A stretch of DNA of 64,000 nucleotides from Coraliomargarita sp. (lineage in GTDB: Bacteria; Verrucomicrobiota; Verrucomicrobiia; Opitutales; Coraliomargaritaceae), in NCBI GenBank assembly GCA_965216325.1, contig OZ244160.1, positions 672,001-736,000 of the forward strand, written 5' to 3'. This document shows positions 48,316 through 62,012 of this stretch, piece by piece; positions within the stretch are counted from its first letter, which is position 1, and each line of letters starts with the position of its first letter. The position numbers were made by a program, and so were the translations under genes. The notes beneath the pieces were generated by a model. It had not been told where the DNA came from, searched no databases, and was given only the letters and a program-made list of their open reading frames with translations.

Positions 48316-51300
48316 TTGAAGATGAACGACACTGAATTTTCAGGACCACGTTACTGGAAAGGCCTCGACGATCTAGCGGAGACTCCCGCGTTTAAGGATT
48401 GGGTCGAGCGTGAATTCCCTGCAGGCGCCTCCGAACTCGATGGTGTAAACCGTCGCCAGTTCATGAAGGTCATGGCAGCATCCTTTGGCCTCGCCGGACT
48501 CGGCATGGCTGGTTGCCGTCGCCCAGAGCAGACAATTCTCCCGTACTCCAAGCAGCCGGAGAATGTTATTCCGGGTGTTCCAGTATACTACACTTCCTCA
48601 CAACCAACTGGCCGCGACAATGTGCCGGTGATCGTGGAGACCCACAGTGGTCGTCCAACCAAGATCGAGGGTAACCCAAGCTACAAGCCATACGGTGGTG
48701 CTACGACTGTTTACACACAGGCGAGCGTGCTCGATCTTTACGATCCAGACCGCGCGACCAAGAGCGTTGCAGGCACTGCAACTCTTTCTCCGGCAGCTGT
48801 TCGTGACCGTCTCGCTGAAATCAGCGCGGCACACTCTGCCGACAAGGGCGCAGGTCTTGTCTTCCTTGCTGAGCCAAGCACTTCTCCGAGCCGTGCAGCA
48901 TTGGTTCAGGAAATTAAGAAGGCGTTCCCGAAGGCAACTTGGACTGAATATGCTCCAGTTGACCTGAGCACTTCCGAGCAAGCTGCTCAAGCTGTGTTCG
49001 GTAAGACGCTTCGTTCGCTTCCACAATTTGCTAAGGCAAAGCGTGTGCTTTCACTTGACGCCGACTTCTTGTCCGGCGCAGACGGCCACACGGCGTTCAC
49101 TCGCGACTTCGCAAAGTCCCGCAAGGTTAAGGACAGCAAGGACGCGAAAAAGATGAGCCGTCTCTACTCAGTAGAGAGCACATTGACGGCAACCGGAGCA
49201 GCTGCGGATCACCGCCTGCGTCTCAGCTCCACGCAAATCGGTGCTTTTGCTGCACTCGTTGGTGCTGAAATCCTCAAGGCGAAGAAAGCGGGTGGGGCAG
49301 CCATCGCGAAGCTCGAAAAGGCAGGTGCATCCCTCAACGTGGATTCCAAGTGGATCGAGGAGTGTGCCGCCGATCTCGTCGAGAACGCAGGCAAGTCGCT
49401 TGTCGTTGCAGGCGAGAATCTGCCGAAGTCTGTTCACGCAATTGTTTTTGCAATCAACGACGCACTCAACGCACCGGTTAAGTATGTTGAAGTCGCCACC
49501 GCAGCAGCTAGTATTGAAGCTGCCGCTGCGCGCCTCAACAAGGGTGACGTGAAGACACTCGTCGTGCTCGGTGGTAACCCGGTTTACGACGCACCGGTCG
49601 ATCTCGAGTGGGCTGCGACACAAGCAAAGGCCGAAACCAGCATTTATCTTGGCAACGCAGCCAACGAAACTTCTGCGGTTTCCAGCCTCTTCATCGCTCG
49701 CTCGCACTACCTCGAAACATGGGCTGACGGTCGCACTTTCGACGGCACACTGGTTCCAGTGCAGCCAATGATCGAGCCACTGTTCGACACACTCAGCGAC
49801 CTCGAAGTGCTCGCGCGTCTTGCAGGTGCATCTGCAACGGACGGTTACAGCATCGCACAAGCAACTTTCAAGGCACTCGGTGGCACGGACTACAATAAGT
49901 TCCTCTCCGACGGTCTCCTGGAAGGCAGCGAATACAAGTCAGTGAAGGCCAAGGCTGAGCCAGCTAAGGTCGCTGCGGCAATCAATGCTGACGAGCTTGT
50001 TGCGGTTGAACTCAACAAGGACGCGCTCGAAATTCGCTTCAAGCCAAGCTCACACGCTGGCGACGGACGCTACGCCAACAATGGTTGGATGATGGAGTGC
50101 CCGGACCCAATCACGAAGCTGACTTGGGACAATGCGATTTTGATCAGCCCACGTCTTGCCAAGGAATTGGAAGAACGTGACGGCGTGCAGATCTTCCCGT
50201 CCAAGAAGCCAATGAACAAGCACAGCGACTTCTTCGAAGCCGCCAAGGGAACACTCCAAAACAACAAGGCAGTGTTCAACCGCGGCAAGGAAATGGCTGT
50301 GGTTGCTGAGTTGACCATTAACGGTCGCACCATCGAAGCACCGATCCACGTCGTTCCAGGTATGGCGAACTACACGATCGAGTTGCCACTCGGTTTTGGT
50401 CGCACTTCCGTTGGCCGCGTTGGTCAAGGCACCGGTTTCAATGCGTATGCAGTTCGTGATTCCAAGGGCCTCTTCAGCGCACTTGGTGCAGCACTCAAGC
50501 TGACCGAAAAGACTTACAAGCTCGCCAACACACAAGAGCACTGGTCCATGGAAGGCCGCGCGATTGTTCGTGAAGGCACTGCAGCTTACTACGCGAAGAA
50601 GCCAAACTTCGCTCAGAAGATGGGCGTTGAGTCGCACGCTCCTGCCAACCTCGGCAAGGACAAGAAGATGGCTCCAGCCGATCAAGCGAAGTTCACTCCA
50701 CGTGGTAACTCCGCATACGAGCACCCTGATTTCCAAGGTCCTCCACCAAACGTCGACGTTTGGAAGGGCAATGAAGACAAGTTCCCACAAATCCAGCAGT
50801 GGGGCATGGCGATTGACATGAATTCCTGCTTCGGCTGCTCCGCTTGTGTGGTGGCATGTCAAAGCGAGAATAATGTTCCGATCGTTGGTAAGGACCAAGT
50901 TCTCCGTGGTCGTGAAATGCACTGGATCCGCCTTGACCGTTACTTCTCTGCGGAGAAATACGATCAGGAAGAGGTTCCGGAGGACGTGCAAGTCTCTTAC
51001 ATGAGCGTCATGTGCCAGCACTGTGAGAACGCACCATGTGAATCTGTCTGCCCGGTGAATGCGACCGTTCACGACCGCCAAGGTCTGAACACCATGGCTT
51101 ACAACCGTTGCGTTGGCACCCGTTACTGTGCAAATAACTGCCCGTATAAGGTCCGCCGCTTCAACTTCTTTGATTGGAACAAGCGCCAGATCGGTGAAGT
51201 TTACAAGGGCCCACTCGGTCCAGTCGACGAGCCCGAACTGGAAAAGATGCAGAAGAACCCGAACGTCACAGTCCGCATGCGCGGTGTGATGGAAAAGTGC

Positions 51301-51699
51301 ACCTTCTGCACGCAGCGTATCGAATCCGCAAAGATCGAGCGTAAGCGCCTCGCAGGTGCTTCCGGCGACATCAAGATTGCTGACGGCGATTTGAAGACTG
51401 CATGTCAACAAGTCTGCCCAACCGACGCGATTACCTTCGGCGACATCACCGATCCTAACTCGGAAGTGTCCAAGATGAAGGCAAGCGATCGCAACTACTC
51501 GGTGCTCGGCTACTTGAATGCACGTCCACGCACGACTTACCTTGCACGCCTGCGCAACCCGAATCCGAAGATGCCAGACGCTTACAAGAAGCCATATGCA
51601 TATGCTCAGTATAAGGAGCGTTATGGTAGCGGTTCCCACGCCGCACACGGTGACGACCACGGCAAGGGCCACGATGATCACGCACACTCTGCTCACTAA
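48316..51699 (+). CDS. actB: Alternative complex III subunit B (molybdopterin-oxidoreductase-like plus Fe-S domain)
   Basis: Tat/lipoprotein signal VNRRQFMK...AGC; motifs [52 protein letters not shown]. Confidence 0.93.
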   Translation: MKMNDTEFSGPRYWKGLDDLAETPAFKDWVEREFPAGASELDGVNRRQFMKVMAASFGLAGLGMAGCRRPEQTILPYSKQPENVIPGVPVYYTSSQPTGRDNVPVIVETHSGRPTKIEGNPSYKPYGGATTVYTQASVLDLYDPDRATKSVAGTATLSPAAVRDRLAEISAAHSADKGAGLVFLAEPSTSPSRAALVQEIKKAFPKATWTEYAPVDLSTSEQAAQAVFGKTLRSLPQFAKAKRVLSLDADFLSGADGHTAFTRDFAKSRKVKDSKDAKKMSRLYSVESTLTATGAAADHRLRLSSTQIGAFAALVGAEILKAKKAGGAAIAKLEKAGASLNVDSKWIEECAADLVENAGKSLVVAGENLPKSVHAIVFAINDALNAPVKYVEVATAAASIEAAAARLNKGDVKTLVVLGGNPVYDAPVDLEWAATQAKAETSIYLGNAANETSAVSSLFIARSHYLETWADGRTFDGTLVPVQPMIEPLFDTLSDLEVLARLAGASATDGYSIAQATFKALGGTDYNKFLSDGLLEGSEYKSVKAKAEPAKVAAAINADELVAVELNKDALEIRFKPSSHAGDGRYANNGWMMECPDPITKLTWDNAILISPRLAKELEERDGVQIFPSKKPMNKHSDFFEAAKGTLQNNKAVFNRGKEMAVVAELTINGRTIEAPIHVVPGMANYTIELPLGFGRTSVGRVGQGTGFNAYAVRDSKGLFSALGAALKLTEKTYKLANTQEHWSMEGRAIVREGTAAYYAKKPNFAQKMGVESHAPANLGKDKKMAPADQAKFTPRGNSAYEHPDFQGPPPNVDVWKGNEDKFPQIQQWGMAIDMNSCFGCSACVVACQSENNVPIVGKDQVLRGREMHWIRLDRYFSAEKYDQEEVPEDVQVSYMSVMCQHCENAPCESVCPVNATVHDRQGLNTMAYNRCVGTRYCANNCPYKVRRFNFFDWNKRQIGEVYKGPLGPVDEPELEKMQKNPNVTVRMRGVMEKCTFCTQRIESAKIERKRLAGASGDIKIADGDLKTACQQVCPTDAITFGDITDPNSEVSKMKASDRNYSVLGYLNARPRTTYLARLRNPNPKMPDAYKKPYAYAQYKERYGSGSHAAHGDDHGKGHDDHAHSAH

Positions 51700-51723
51700 T
51701 TTATAACCAGCGAACTGATAGAC

Positions 51724-53222
<1,499 letters not shown>

Positions 53223-53223
<1 letters not shown>

Positions 53224-53753
53224 TGGCTAAGACACACTCAATTATTGCTTCTTTCAAGGACACCCCGTCCTTCTTCCATGCAGCGGAAAAGGTTCGCGAT
53301 GCCGGATACAAGAAGTGGGATACTTATTCCTCTTTCCCGGTTCACGGCATGCCGGCCGCTCAAGGCCAGCCACGTTCCAAGGTGCCTTTATTCACCTTCT
53401 GTGGTGGTATCACAGGGTTCACACTGGGCACATCCATCGTGGCATTCATGGGTTTCTTTGACTACCCGCTGATTGTTGGTGGTAAGCCATTCTTCAGCCC
53501 AGTCTTCCCATTTCCGATTATGTATGAGTTGACCATTCTGCTCGCTGCATTCGGCACACTGGGCGGCATGTTTATCACCAATTTGCTCCCACAGCACTAC
53601 AACCCGTTGTTCAACAGCGAAAAATTCCTGGAGGTCTCCGGAGACCGTCTCGTCATTGCGATCGAGACACGTGATCCGAAGTTCGACTCTGAAGCCACAC
53701 GCCGTTTCCTTGAGGAAATCGGTGGAACTGATATCGAGGAGGTCTCTGCGTAG
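53223..53753 (+). CDS. actD: Alternative complex III subunit D (DUF3341)
   Basis: Motifs [34 protein letters not shown] overlap with actC. Confidence 0.92.
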
Positions 53754-53762
53754 AATTTAGCC

Positions 53763-54416
53763 ATGCGTATTTTTCTCTCAATCTTTGCACTAGCCATTAT
53801 TGCGGTGGTCTCGATCTTTGGTTTCCAAGGATCCACCAGCAAGAAGACTCCAATCGAGATCTTCCCTGACATGGACCGCCAGGCACGCTACAAGCCACAG
53901 GCTGAAAACAGCTTCTTCGCGGATGGTCGTAACGATCGCCCGGTTCCTGCGAACACCGTAGCACGTGGTAATTACTTCAATCAAGCAGACGTGTTCTCCG
54001 CTGACTTCGAAGACGCTCGCCTCGGCGATACCGTTCTTCTGGAAGGTAAGAATGCTGATGGTTCTTTCGCTCAGAAGCTTCCGCTTGAAGTGACCAACGA
54101 GCTGATGGCTCAAGGTCAAGAGAAGTATGACATCTTCTGTGCGATTTGCCACGGTGCTGCCGGTGACGGCAATGGCGTGACCAAGTCTTACGGCGTGCTG
54201 GCTGCTTCTTATCATGACGACCGCCTGCGTGGTGAGTCCGACGGCTACCTTTTCGACGTAATCACCAACGGTAAGGGCTTGATGCTTGGTCTTAAGGACC
54301 GCCTCACACCTGAAGAACGTTGGGCAATCGTCCTCTACGTTCGTGCACTTCAGCTTTCTCAAAATGCTGAGGCTGACGCACTCACTGACGCACAACGCTC
54401 TGAGTTAGGATTTTAA
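53763..54416 (+). CDS. actE: Alternative complex III monohaem cytochrome c subunit E
   Basis: Motifs PDMDRQ, PVPANTVARG, CAICH, GLM, RWAIVLYVRALQ. Confidence 0.92.
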   Translation: MRIFLSIFALAIIAVVSIFGFQGSTSKKTPIEIFPDMDRQARYKPQAENSFFADGRNDRPVPANTVARGNYFNQADVFSADFEDARLGDTVLLEGKNADGSFAQKLPLEVTNELMAQGQEKYDIFCAICHGAAGDGNGVTKSYGVLAASYHDDRLRGESDGYLFDVITNGKGLMLGLKDRLTPEERWAIVLYVRALQLSQNAEADALTDAQRSELGF

Positions 54417-54418
54417 AA

Positions 54419-55669
<1,251 letters not shown>

Positions 55670-55676
55670 TTTCAAG

Positions 55677-55997
55677 ATGTCTCAAGAAGAACCATCCATT
55701 AATAACAACGTGCTGACCTTCCTTGGAAGCGTTGGTGGCATCCTGATCTTTGGTATCCTGCTCTTTGTTGCATATATCCCAGGTCGTGCGGCACCAGCTG
55801 ATCTCGAAGCCTCCGAGCAACGTCAGATCAAGGCTGACGAAGCTCGTGCTGCGGGGGCAGCAAAGATTACTGCTACTGAAGTAATCGACGCTGAGAAGAA
55901 GATTGCACGTATTCCCGTCGCTGAGGCGATGGAACTGACTGTTAACGCTTACAATGCGCCAGCACCTGCTGCGCCTGCTGCTGAAACCGCCGAGTAA
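55677..55997 (+). CDS. Small single-TM protein, ActG-like accessory subunit
   Basis: MSQEEPSINN..., one TM segment, ARIPVAEAMEL motif; sits between actF and ccoS. Confidence 0.65.
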   Translation: MSQEEPSINNNVLTFLGSVGGILIFGILLFVAYIPGRAAPADLEASEQRQIKADEARAAGAAKITATEVIDAEKKIARIPVAEAMELTVNAYNAPAPAAPAAETAE

Positions 55998-56203
55998 TGC
56001 CTGTTCATAGTTATCTGGAGCTGCTTCCCATCATTCTGCTAGGAATTTTCTTCTTCGCAGTATCGATTGGCACGCTCTACTGGGTCGCCAAACAGGGCCA
56101 GCTCCGGAATTTCGATGAACAAGCGAGCGATATTTTCACCGAGGAAGAACCAGAGGGGCAAGTCTCCGATGTTTTTCCGTCTAAACGAACCAAATTAAAT
56201 TAG
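55997..56203 (+). CDS. ccoS: cbb3-type cytochrome oxidase assembly protein
   Basis: TM segment followed by LYWVAKQGQLRNFDEQASDIF..EEP. Confidence 0.85.
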   Translation: MPVHSYLELLPIILLGIFFFAVSIGTLYWVAKQGQLRNFDEQASDIFTEEEPEGQVSDVFPSKRTKLN

Positions 56204-56305
56204 GAATTAGTGATTAAGAATTAGGAATGTGGCTGGCGATGACAGCTTATATCCCGCACTCGATAACTAAAAGATTCTGACTTCTAAGTCCTTACTTCTA
56301 ACTTC
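56198..56305. repeat. Inverted heptamer-periodic element inside the respiratory cluster
   Basis: AATTAGG AATTAGT GATTAAG AATTAGG ... TTCTGAC TTCTAAG TCCTTAC TTCTAAC. Confidence 0.65.
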
Positions 56306-56312
56306 ATTTTAA

Positions 56313-57791
56313 ATGAGCGACGCTCTCCAAACCTCAAATCAGCCGGTTAGTCCGTATTCGTCGAAAGACGTGTCGGTGCGTGCCGAGTTGAGTGAGATCG
56401 ATGCCTCGATTCGCACGGCATCGATTTTCTTCACGATCTCGGCTATTTCCTGGTTGGTCATCGGCACAGTGTTTGCGCTGTTAGCCGCCGTCAAAATGCA
56501 CAGTCCGGATTTCGCGGCTGGCAGTGAATTCACGACCTTCGGCCGTATGCGTTCGGCTCACCTCAATGCGATGGCGTTGGGCTTTGGTAACAACGCGATT
56601 TTCGCGGTTGGTCTGTGGATTATGGCGCGCCTTTGCCGCACGCCGATTCGCCACGGTGGCATGCTTTTAATCGCGGGTTGCTTCTGGAACATCGGTCTGA
56701 CGATCGGTCTGTTTGGTATGATCCGTGGTGATATCACTTCGGTCGAGTGGTTGGAGATTCCTGCTTACGCGACTCCACTACTTGCAGTTTCTTATATCCT
56801 GATTGGTGTCTGGGGCATCATGGCCTTCAAGAATCGCCGCTGTGAACACGTCTATGTGTCGCAATGGTATATCCTTGGTGCGCTTTTCTGGTTCCCATGG
56901 CTATACGTCATCGCACAGATCATGATCATCTGGTTCCCGGCACAAGGTGTTGTCCAGTCGGTGACGAACTGGTGGTTCGCGCACAATGTGTTGGGTCTCT
57001 GGCTGACTCCGATGGCGCTGGGTGCGACTTACTACTTGATTCCGAAGGTGCTCGGTCGCCCGATTTATTCTTACTACTTGTCCGTGCTTGGGTTCTGGTC
57101 GCTTGCACTGTTCTACAACTGGGCAGGTATGCACCACTTGATTGGTGGTCCGGTTCCAGTATGGCTGACTTCCGCCGGTATCGTTGCTTCCGTGATGATG
57201 GTCATTCCGGTGATCGTTGCGGGTATCAACCACCACATGTCGATCGTTGGTTTCCATAAAGAAGGCTGGCGTAGTCCGACCATCCGCTTCGTGGTCTTCG
57301 GTGCGATCAACTACACCTTTGCCAGTGGCATCGGCTCTGCGATGGCACTCCGTGATGTGAATGTGGTCACTCACTTCACACACTTTACAGTCGGTCACGC
57401 GCACCACGGTGCGTATGCATTCTTCGCGATGATTATGTTCGGCGGTATCTACTACATGATGCCACGTATGCTGAACCGCGAATGGCCATCCTCGACATTG
57501 ATCTCCATCCACTGGTGGGGTTCCGCTGTGGGTATCCTCCTGATGGTCTGTGCATTGCAGATCGGTGGTTGGATCCAAGGTTTGGAAATGAACAACCCGG
57601 CAATCAACTTCTTGGATGTGGTTCAAAACACCATGCCATGGCTGAAGGCACGTTCCGTTTCCGGTGTGCTGCTGCTAATTGCTCACGTCGCATTTGCGAT
57701 TAACTTCTTCTGGATGCTATTTGCAGCCGGTAGCGTGAAGGCCAAGCAAGGTCCGACGCTGCTCAACGTTAAAGGAGAGGAGGCCGCGTAA
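56313..57791 (+). CDS. ccoN: cbb3-type cytochrome c oxidase subunit I
   Basis: Motifs [46 protein letters not shown]; all six His ligands present. Confidence 0.93.
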   Translation: MSDALQTSNQPVSPYSSKDVSVRAELSEIDASIRTASIFFTISAISWLVIGTVFALLAAVKMHSPDFAAGSEFTTFGRMRSAHLNAMALGFGNNAIFAVGLWIMARLCRTPIRHGGMLLIAGCFWNIGLTIGLFGMIRGDITSVEWLEIPAYATPLLAVSYILIGVWGIMAFKNRRCEHVYVSQWYILGALFWFPWLYVIAQIMIIWFPAQGVVQSVTNWWFAHNVLGLWLTPMALGATYYLIPKVLGRPIYSYYLSVLGFWSLALFYNWAGMHHLIGGPVPVWLTSAGIVASVMMVIPVIVAGINHHMSIVGFHKEGWRSPTIRFVVFGAINYTFASGIGSAMALRDVNVVTHFTHFTVGHAHHGAYAFFAMIMFGGIYYMMPRMLNREWPSSTLISIHWWGSAVGILLMVCALQIGGWIQGLEMNNPAINFLDVVQNTMPWLKARSVSGVLLLIAHVAFAINFFWMLFAAGSVKAKQGPTLLNVKGEEAA

Positions 57792-58441
57792 TGCATAACA
57801 TGGCACTACTTTTCTGCGGGATTTTCTTTACGCTCGCATTTTCATTCACTGGCCTGATCCTTTCCAGTAACAATCAGTTTGGTGCGCTTAAGCAAACCAC
57901 TGAGACACTCGAAGATGACGGCAGCCTTGTTGAGGGTGAACCACTCTTCCCACGTGCGGAAGGCGGTCTCGCACTTCAAGGTAAGCAGGTCTACATCGAA
58001 ATGGGCTGTATCTACTGCCACAGTCAGCAGATCCGTCGCCAAGGTTTCGGTGCGGACTACGACCGCTCATGGGGCCCACGTGCAACGGTTGCTCGTGACT
58101 ACATCATGCAGGAGCGCGTCTTGCTCGGAACCATGCGCACCGGTCCGGACCTCGCCAATGTTGGTGGTCGGGCATTAACTGCTGACTGGCATCACCAGCA
58201 CTTGTATGATCCGCAAATCACTTCGAAGGGCTCGAACATGCCTCCGTTCCCGTTCCTTTACGAAGTTCGCGAGATCGACGGCGAGCCATCTCCTAATGCA
58301 ATTGATGTGCCTGAGGATTCCTCACACTACCCGGGCGCTGGTTATGAAGTAGTCCCAACGCAGCGTGCGGAAGCACTGGTTGCGTATCTACTCAGCCTGA
58401 AGATTGATTACAGCCTGCCTGAAGCACCGATTCTAGACTAA
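57791..58441 (+). CDS. ccoO: cbb3-type cytochrome c oxidase subunit II
   Basis: Motifs [38 protein letters not shown]. Confidence 0.92.
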   Translation: MHNMALLFCGIFFTLAFSFTGLILSSNNQFGALKQTTETLEDDGSLVEGEPLFPRAEGGLALQGKQVYIEMGCIYCHSQQIRRQGFGADYDRSWGPRATVARDYIMQERVLLGTMRTGPDLANVGGRALTADWHHQHLYDPQITSKGSNMPPFPFLYEVREIDGEPSPNAIDVPEDSSHYPGAGYEVVPTQRAEALVAYLLSLKIDYSLPEAPILD

Positions 58442-59109
58442 TGAGCGACGAGAATACAAACGACAGCAAGGCCTCACTCGAGAAGGCCGCGATGCAGGAT
58501 GCGGATGTGCAAAGCCTCCACGCTCAGCTCATGCGCGAAAAGGACGAACCGGAAGAAGGTTTCTCTCCGGTGCCGATCGCTCTGATTTTCCTCTTCTGTG
58601 CACTTTGCTTCTGGGGCGGTGTTTATCTGATTCAAAACGGCGGCCAGTTCCGCTGGGACGTCTATGATCCTGACTTTAAGGGCGGGGAGATCAAGAAGCC
58701 TGAGCCGAAGCCATTGGGTGAAGTGGGCGCAAAGGTCTTCCGTGGCCAATGTGCTCAGTGTCACCAAGCCAACGGTGCAGGTGTTCCCGGTTCCTTCCCT
58801 CCACTCGTTGGTTCCAAGTGGGTCACTGGTAGCGAAGAGCGTCTTGCACGAATCTTGATCAACGGCCTGAACGGTCCAATCGAAGTGAAGGGTGAAACCT
58901 ATAACGGTAATATGCCTGCCTTTGGTCCGAACGGTTTGAACCTGAAGCCACGTCAAATCGCAGGTGTGCTGACTTACATCCGCGCAGAGTGGGGCAATGC
59001 CGCACCGGAAGTGACTGAAGAAGCACTTAAGGGCTACTTGGATAGCTACGGCGACCGCAGCACTCCATGGACTGCCGAGGAACTACTCGCAGATCATCCG
59101 ATGGAGTAA
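58441..59109 (+). CDS. Membrane-anchored monohaem cytochrome c (in the CcoP position)
   Basis: One TM segment; single CAQCH; motifs FPPLVGS, YNGNMP, VLTYIR..WGN. Confidence 0.85.
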   Translation: MSDENTNDSKASLEKAAMQDADVQSLHAQLMREKDEPEEGFSPVPIALIFLFCALCFWGGVYLIQNGGQFRWDVYDPDFKGGEIKKPEPKPLGEVGAKVFRGQCAQCHQANGAGVPGSFPPLVGSKWVTGSEERLARILINGLNGPIEVKGETYNGNMPAFGPNGLNLKPRQIAGVLTYIRAEWGNAAPEVTEEALKGYLDSYGDRSTPWTAEELLADHPME

Positions 59110-59134
59110 GTCACCAGACGATAGCAACTTTATC

Positions 59135-59165
59135 AAACGCCGCTCAACTTGAGCGGCGTTTTTTT
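59135..59165 (+). terminator. Rho-independent terminator closing the respiratory cluster
   Basis: AAACGCCGCTCAA-C-TTGAGCGGCGTTTTTTT. Confidence 0.9.
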
Positions 59166-59176
59166 GTATTCAGATA

Positions 59177-59360
59177 GGTAGCGCAGGCGCGTCTCGCGCC
59201 GCATGGTTTGGTAGGGCAGTCTCGCCGAGGCTGCCGTTCGCTAAGCTAGCCTTGAACTTCAATACGTTCAGGATGGTAGGTCGGCGCTGTCTCACAATCG
59301 ACCTTATACGGGCATGCAGTATCGTTTGTCGAACAGTCGTCTCGGCGAGACGACCCTACC
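59177..59360. repeat. Cluster of GTAG-type REP units (BIME-like)
   Basis: GGTAG-headed hairpins at 59177, 59210 and about 59275, plus an inverted unit at 59332-59360. Confidence 0.8.
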
Positions 59361-59379
59361 TAACTTTCGTGGTGCCCGG

Positions 59380-60651
59380 CTACGATCTGCTCTCCGGTAT
59401 CGTCGAAGACGAGCCGTCCCGATTCGCTTGATACGCTGGGGAGGTGATCTCGACCTGATGTCCATGGAATTGATCGAGAATGTTGGCGTGCAGATTGGAG
59501 TAGATCTTGGGCAGCATCTCTGTGTTCTGCGTCCAACCATTGATCTCGTAGCTGACATAGTTGTCGTCGAGCGAGGTCTGCAGCACATAGGGCTCGGGAT
59601 CCGATTCAATATGCTCAGTTTTGCGAGCTGCGGCGATTAAGAGCTCATGCACTTGCTGCCAAGGCACATCATAGCCAATAGTGATGCTGGTGTGCACAAA
59701 CAGTCCACGTCGTCCGCGATTCTGGCTGTAGTTGACGATATTGGTATTGAGCACTTTGGAGTTCGGGACGGATACAATCACACTCTTGAGTGTCTGAATT
59801 CGCGTAACGAAGGTGCTGCGTTCAACGACACGCCCTCGAATGTCATCGATGGATACCTGGTCGCCGATCTTCAGGGCACGGGTGTAGGTGAGAACGGTGC
59901 CAGCGACGACATTGGCGACCGCTGTGGTTGATCCGAGCGAGACCAAGAGGCCGATAAATATCGAAATTCCTCTGAATGCCGGTGAACTCGACCCTGGCAG
60001 ATAGGGGAAGATGATCACTGCCGTCATGGTATAAATCAAGAGACGTGTGATGCCGTAGCTCGGGTCTGCCCATTCCGGATAGAAGTTGGGGATATGGATC
60101 CGGCGCCGCTTGATTCCGTCGAAGACCAAACTGATCGTATGCACGAGAAAGCGTGCCAGCGCACAGATCACGATGATGGTGATTAGATTCGGTAGGTATT
60201 CGATTGCCGAGCTCCATGCGAATTTCAGCGGAGCCAGCAGCAGGCCGATCATTTGCGCCGCAAGCGTCAGCGTCCACTGAGAGAGCATCAGAAAGCCAGT
60301 GATTGTGGTGAAGCATAGGAACAGCATCAGCGCCCGTCCAACCCAGACCAGAACAATGATGCGGAAACGCTTCATGTCTTTCGAGGATACCAAGTCCTGG
60401 CGTTGCAGTCGTAATGGTTTAAAGCATCTGTGATGGGCATGCATCATGCGCTTAAAGCGTTTTCGCACCGTCAGCTTGGTGATCAGTAAGCAAAGTAAGG
60501 AGAGTCCGATAATCACCCCTGCGATGACTAATCGGAGAAGGGGCGAGACTTCATCTAGGTGATTAAAGTATTCAACAAATTGAATGACTTTCTCGGCTTC
60601 TTGTTCAACCGCTTGGGTTGTTTGTTCCAAGGTCGCATCGTTCGCAGGCAT
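59380..60651 (-). CDS. Mechanosensitive ion channel MscS family
   Basis: Motifs SLGS...ANVVAG, IGDQV, VPNSKVL...IVNYS, ITIGYDVPW. Confidence 0.92.
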   Translation of the reverse strand: MPANDATLEQTTQAVEQEAEKVIQFVEYFNHLDEVSPLLRLVIAGVIIGLSLLCLLITKLTVRKRFKRMMHAHHRCFKPLRLQRQDLVSSKDMKRFRIIVLVWVGRALMLFLCFTTITGFLMLSQWTLTLAAQMIGLLLAPLKFAWSSAIEYLPNLITIIVICALARFLVHTISLVFDGIKRRRIHIPNFYPEWADPSYGITRLLIYTMTAVIIFPYLPGSSSPAFRGISIFIGLLVSLGSTTAVANVVAGTVLTYTRALKIGDQVSIDDIRGRVVERSTFVTRIQTLKSVIVSVPNSKVLNTNIVNYSQNRGRRGLFVHTSITIGYDVPWQQVHELLIAAARKTEHIESDPEPYVLQTSLDDNYVSYEINGWTQNTEMLPKIYSNLHANILDQFHGHQVEITSPAYQANRDGSSSTIPESRS

Positions 60652-60805
60652 ACTTAAACCTGCTCAGTTTTAAGCTTAAATCAAATGACGGTCACCATCA
60701 CTGAAGCGTCAGTTATCGGCGAATGGCACTACCTGATGAACATTGCAGTTCGCGATCAGATGGGTTGGGCAGTCTTAAAGTACGCATATGCTTCTTATGG
60801 TCTTC

Positions 60806-61735
60806 TTAGCTCCCAAGCTGAATCAGGCAGATGCCGGCTAGTATGCCTAAGATGCAGAGTCCTTTGAGACGAAAGTTTTTCTCCTTGTAGAGTGTGATAC
60901 CGCCAAGGAAGCTCACGATGACTGCGCCACGTCGAATGGGCGAAATTACTGAGATCAGTGCGTCTTCTTGAGCGATCGCGGTGAAGTAGAGGTAGTCGGC
61001 AATCAGGAGCAGAATACCAATCATGGGTATTGTCCATCGCCACTGAAACGTTCCCCGCGGCCAAGTGCCGCGCAGCCACAGCAGGTAGAAGGGGAGCATG
61101 ACCGCGACGAGATAGATCGAGAACCAAGCTTGCACGGTAGATGGGCTTAGGTCCGCGCGTTGTAGCAGGTATTTATCATAAAGAGCGCTGCAGCTACCTA
61201 GTAGCGTTGCGGCAATAATGAAGCCAACCCACTTATCGCGGTGAAAGCGAATGCCCTCGAGTTTGCCTACCAGCGAAAATGCATAGAAGGCGGCGAGCAC
61301 CACTGCGATGCCGATCCATTGCCAACGTTCCGGTCGCTCCGCCATGAGGAAAACGGCGAGTAGGATCGTCCACAGCGGCGAGGTTGCCCGAATGGGCCCC
61401 GCGACCGATAGCGGCAGGTGTTTAATGGCAAAGTAACCGAAGATCCATGAAGTGCCGACCAGTGCGGATTTCGCAAAAAGCTGCAGATGATTCGTCAGAC
61501 CGAGGGAGTCGACCTCGAGCTGTGCGAGCGGCAAGCTGTCGGGTGCGAGCGCAGACCAGATCACAAACGGCAGCCAGATCAATGCCGATGCCAGCACGCT
61601 GAAGAACAGCACCAGTGCGACAGCGTTGTCCTTCACTGAATGTTTCTTGGCTAGATCATAGAATCCAAGAAACAAGGCTGAACAGATACTCAGAGCGATC
61701 CATGACATGTGGGCATTGATGTCTTGAGCTCGCAT
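60806..61735 (-). CDS. DMT/EamA family transporter
   Basis: Ten TM segments in a duplicated EamA pattern. Start at 61735 or 61708. Confidence 0.85.
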   Translation of the reverse strand: MRAQDINAHMSWIALSICSALFLGFYDLAKKHSVKDNAVALVLFFSVLASALIWLPFVIWSALAPDSLPLAQLEVDSLGLTNHLQLFAKSALVGTSWIFGYFAIKHLPLSVAGPIRATSPLWTILLAVFLMAERPERWQWIGIAVVLAAFYAFSLVGKLEGIRFHRDKWVGFIIAATLLGSCSALYDKYLLQRADLSPSTVQAWFSIYLVAVMLPFYLLWLRGTWPRGTFQWRWTIPMIGILLLIADYLYFTAIAQEDALISVISPIRRGAVIVSFLGGITLYKEKNFRLKGLCILGILAGICLIQLGS

Positions 61736-61861
61736 GTTCTGTCGAGGAATAAACCATTCGGCTTGTGGGCGCGCAGCACTTTTCTGAATGGAATGAGCAT
61801 AAGGGCTTATTGGTTAGGGCAGCCTTGCAGTTCGACAGGCTCACTGCCCTGAGTTTATCGA

Positions 61862-61992
61862 AGGGCCGAGGCTACCGTTCGCCCAAGCAAGGTCGTAAAC
61901 CGAGACATTGCGTTTTGGCGACAGGTTGATGCGGTGCCAGAGGCACCTGCGCTACCTGAAAGTGAGCTCTTCAGACTCGCAACTTTGGCCTT
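61862..61992 (+). ncRNA. Candidate cis-regulatory RNA (four-way junction, weak Moco-riboswitch resemblance)
   Basis: P1 AGGGCCGAGG/CTTTGGCCTT, P2 61879-61921, P3 CAGGT..ACCTG, P4 GTGAG/CTCGC; ends 20 nt before the TauE start codon. Confidence 0.4.
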
Positions 61993-62012
61993 GGCGGACT
62001 TGTGTGCCTTAA

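Noticed and set aside
61810..61853. Pistol-ribozyme or SAH-riboswitch-like words (TGGTTAGGGC...GCCCTGAG, CAGGCTC)
   Set aside because: The required P1, UAAAU and GAGGAGCG elements are absent; it reads as a simple hairpin.
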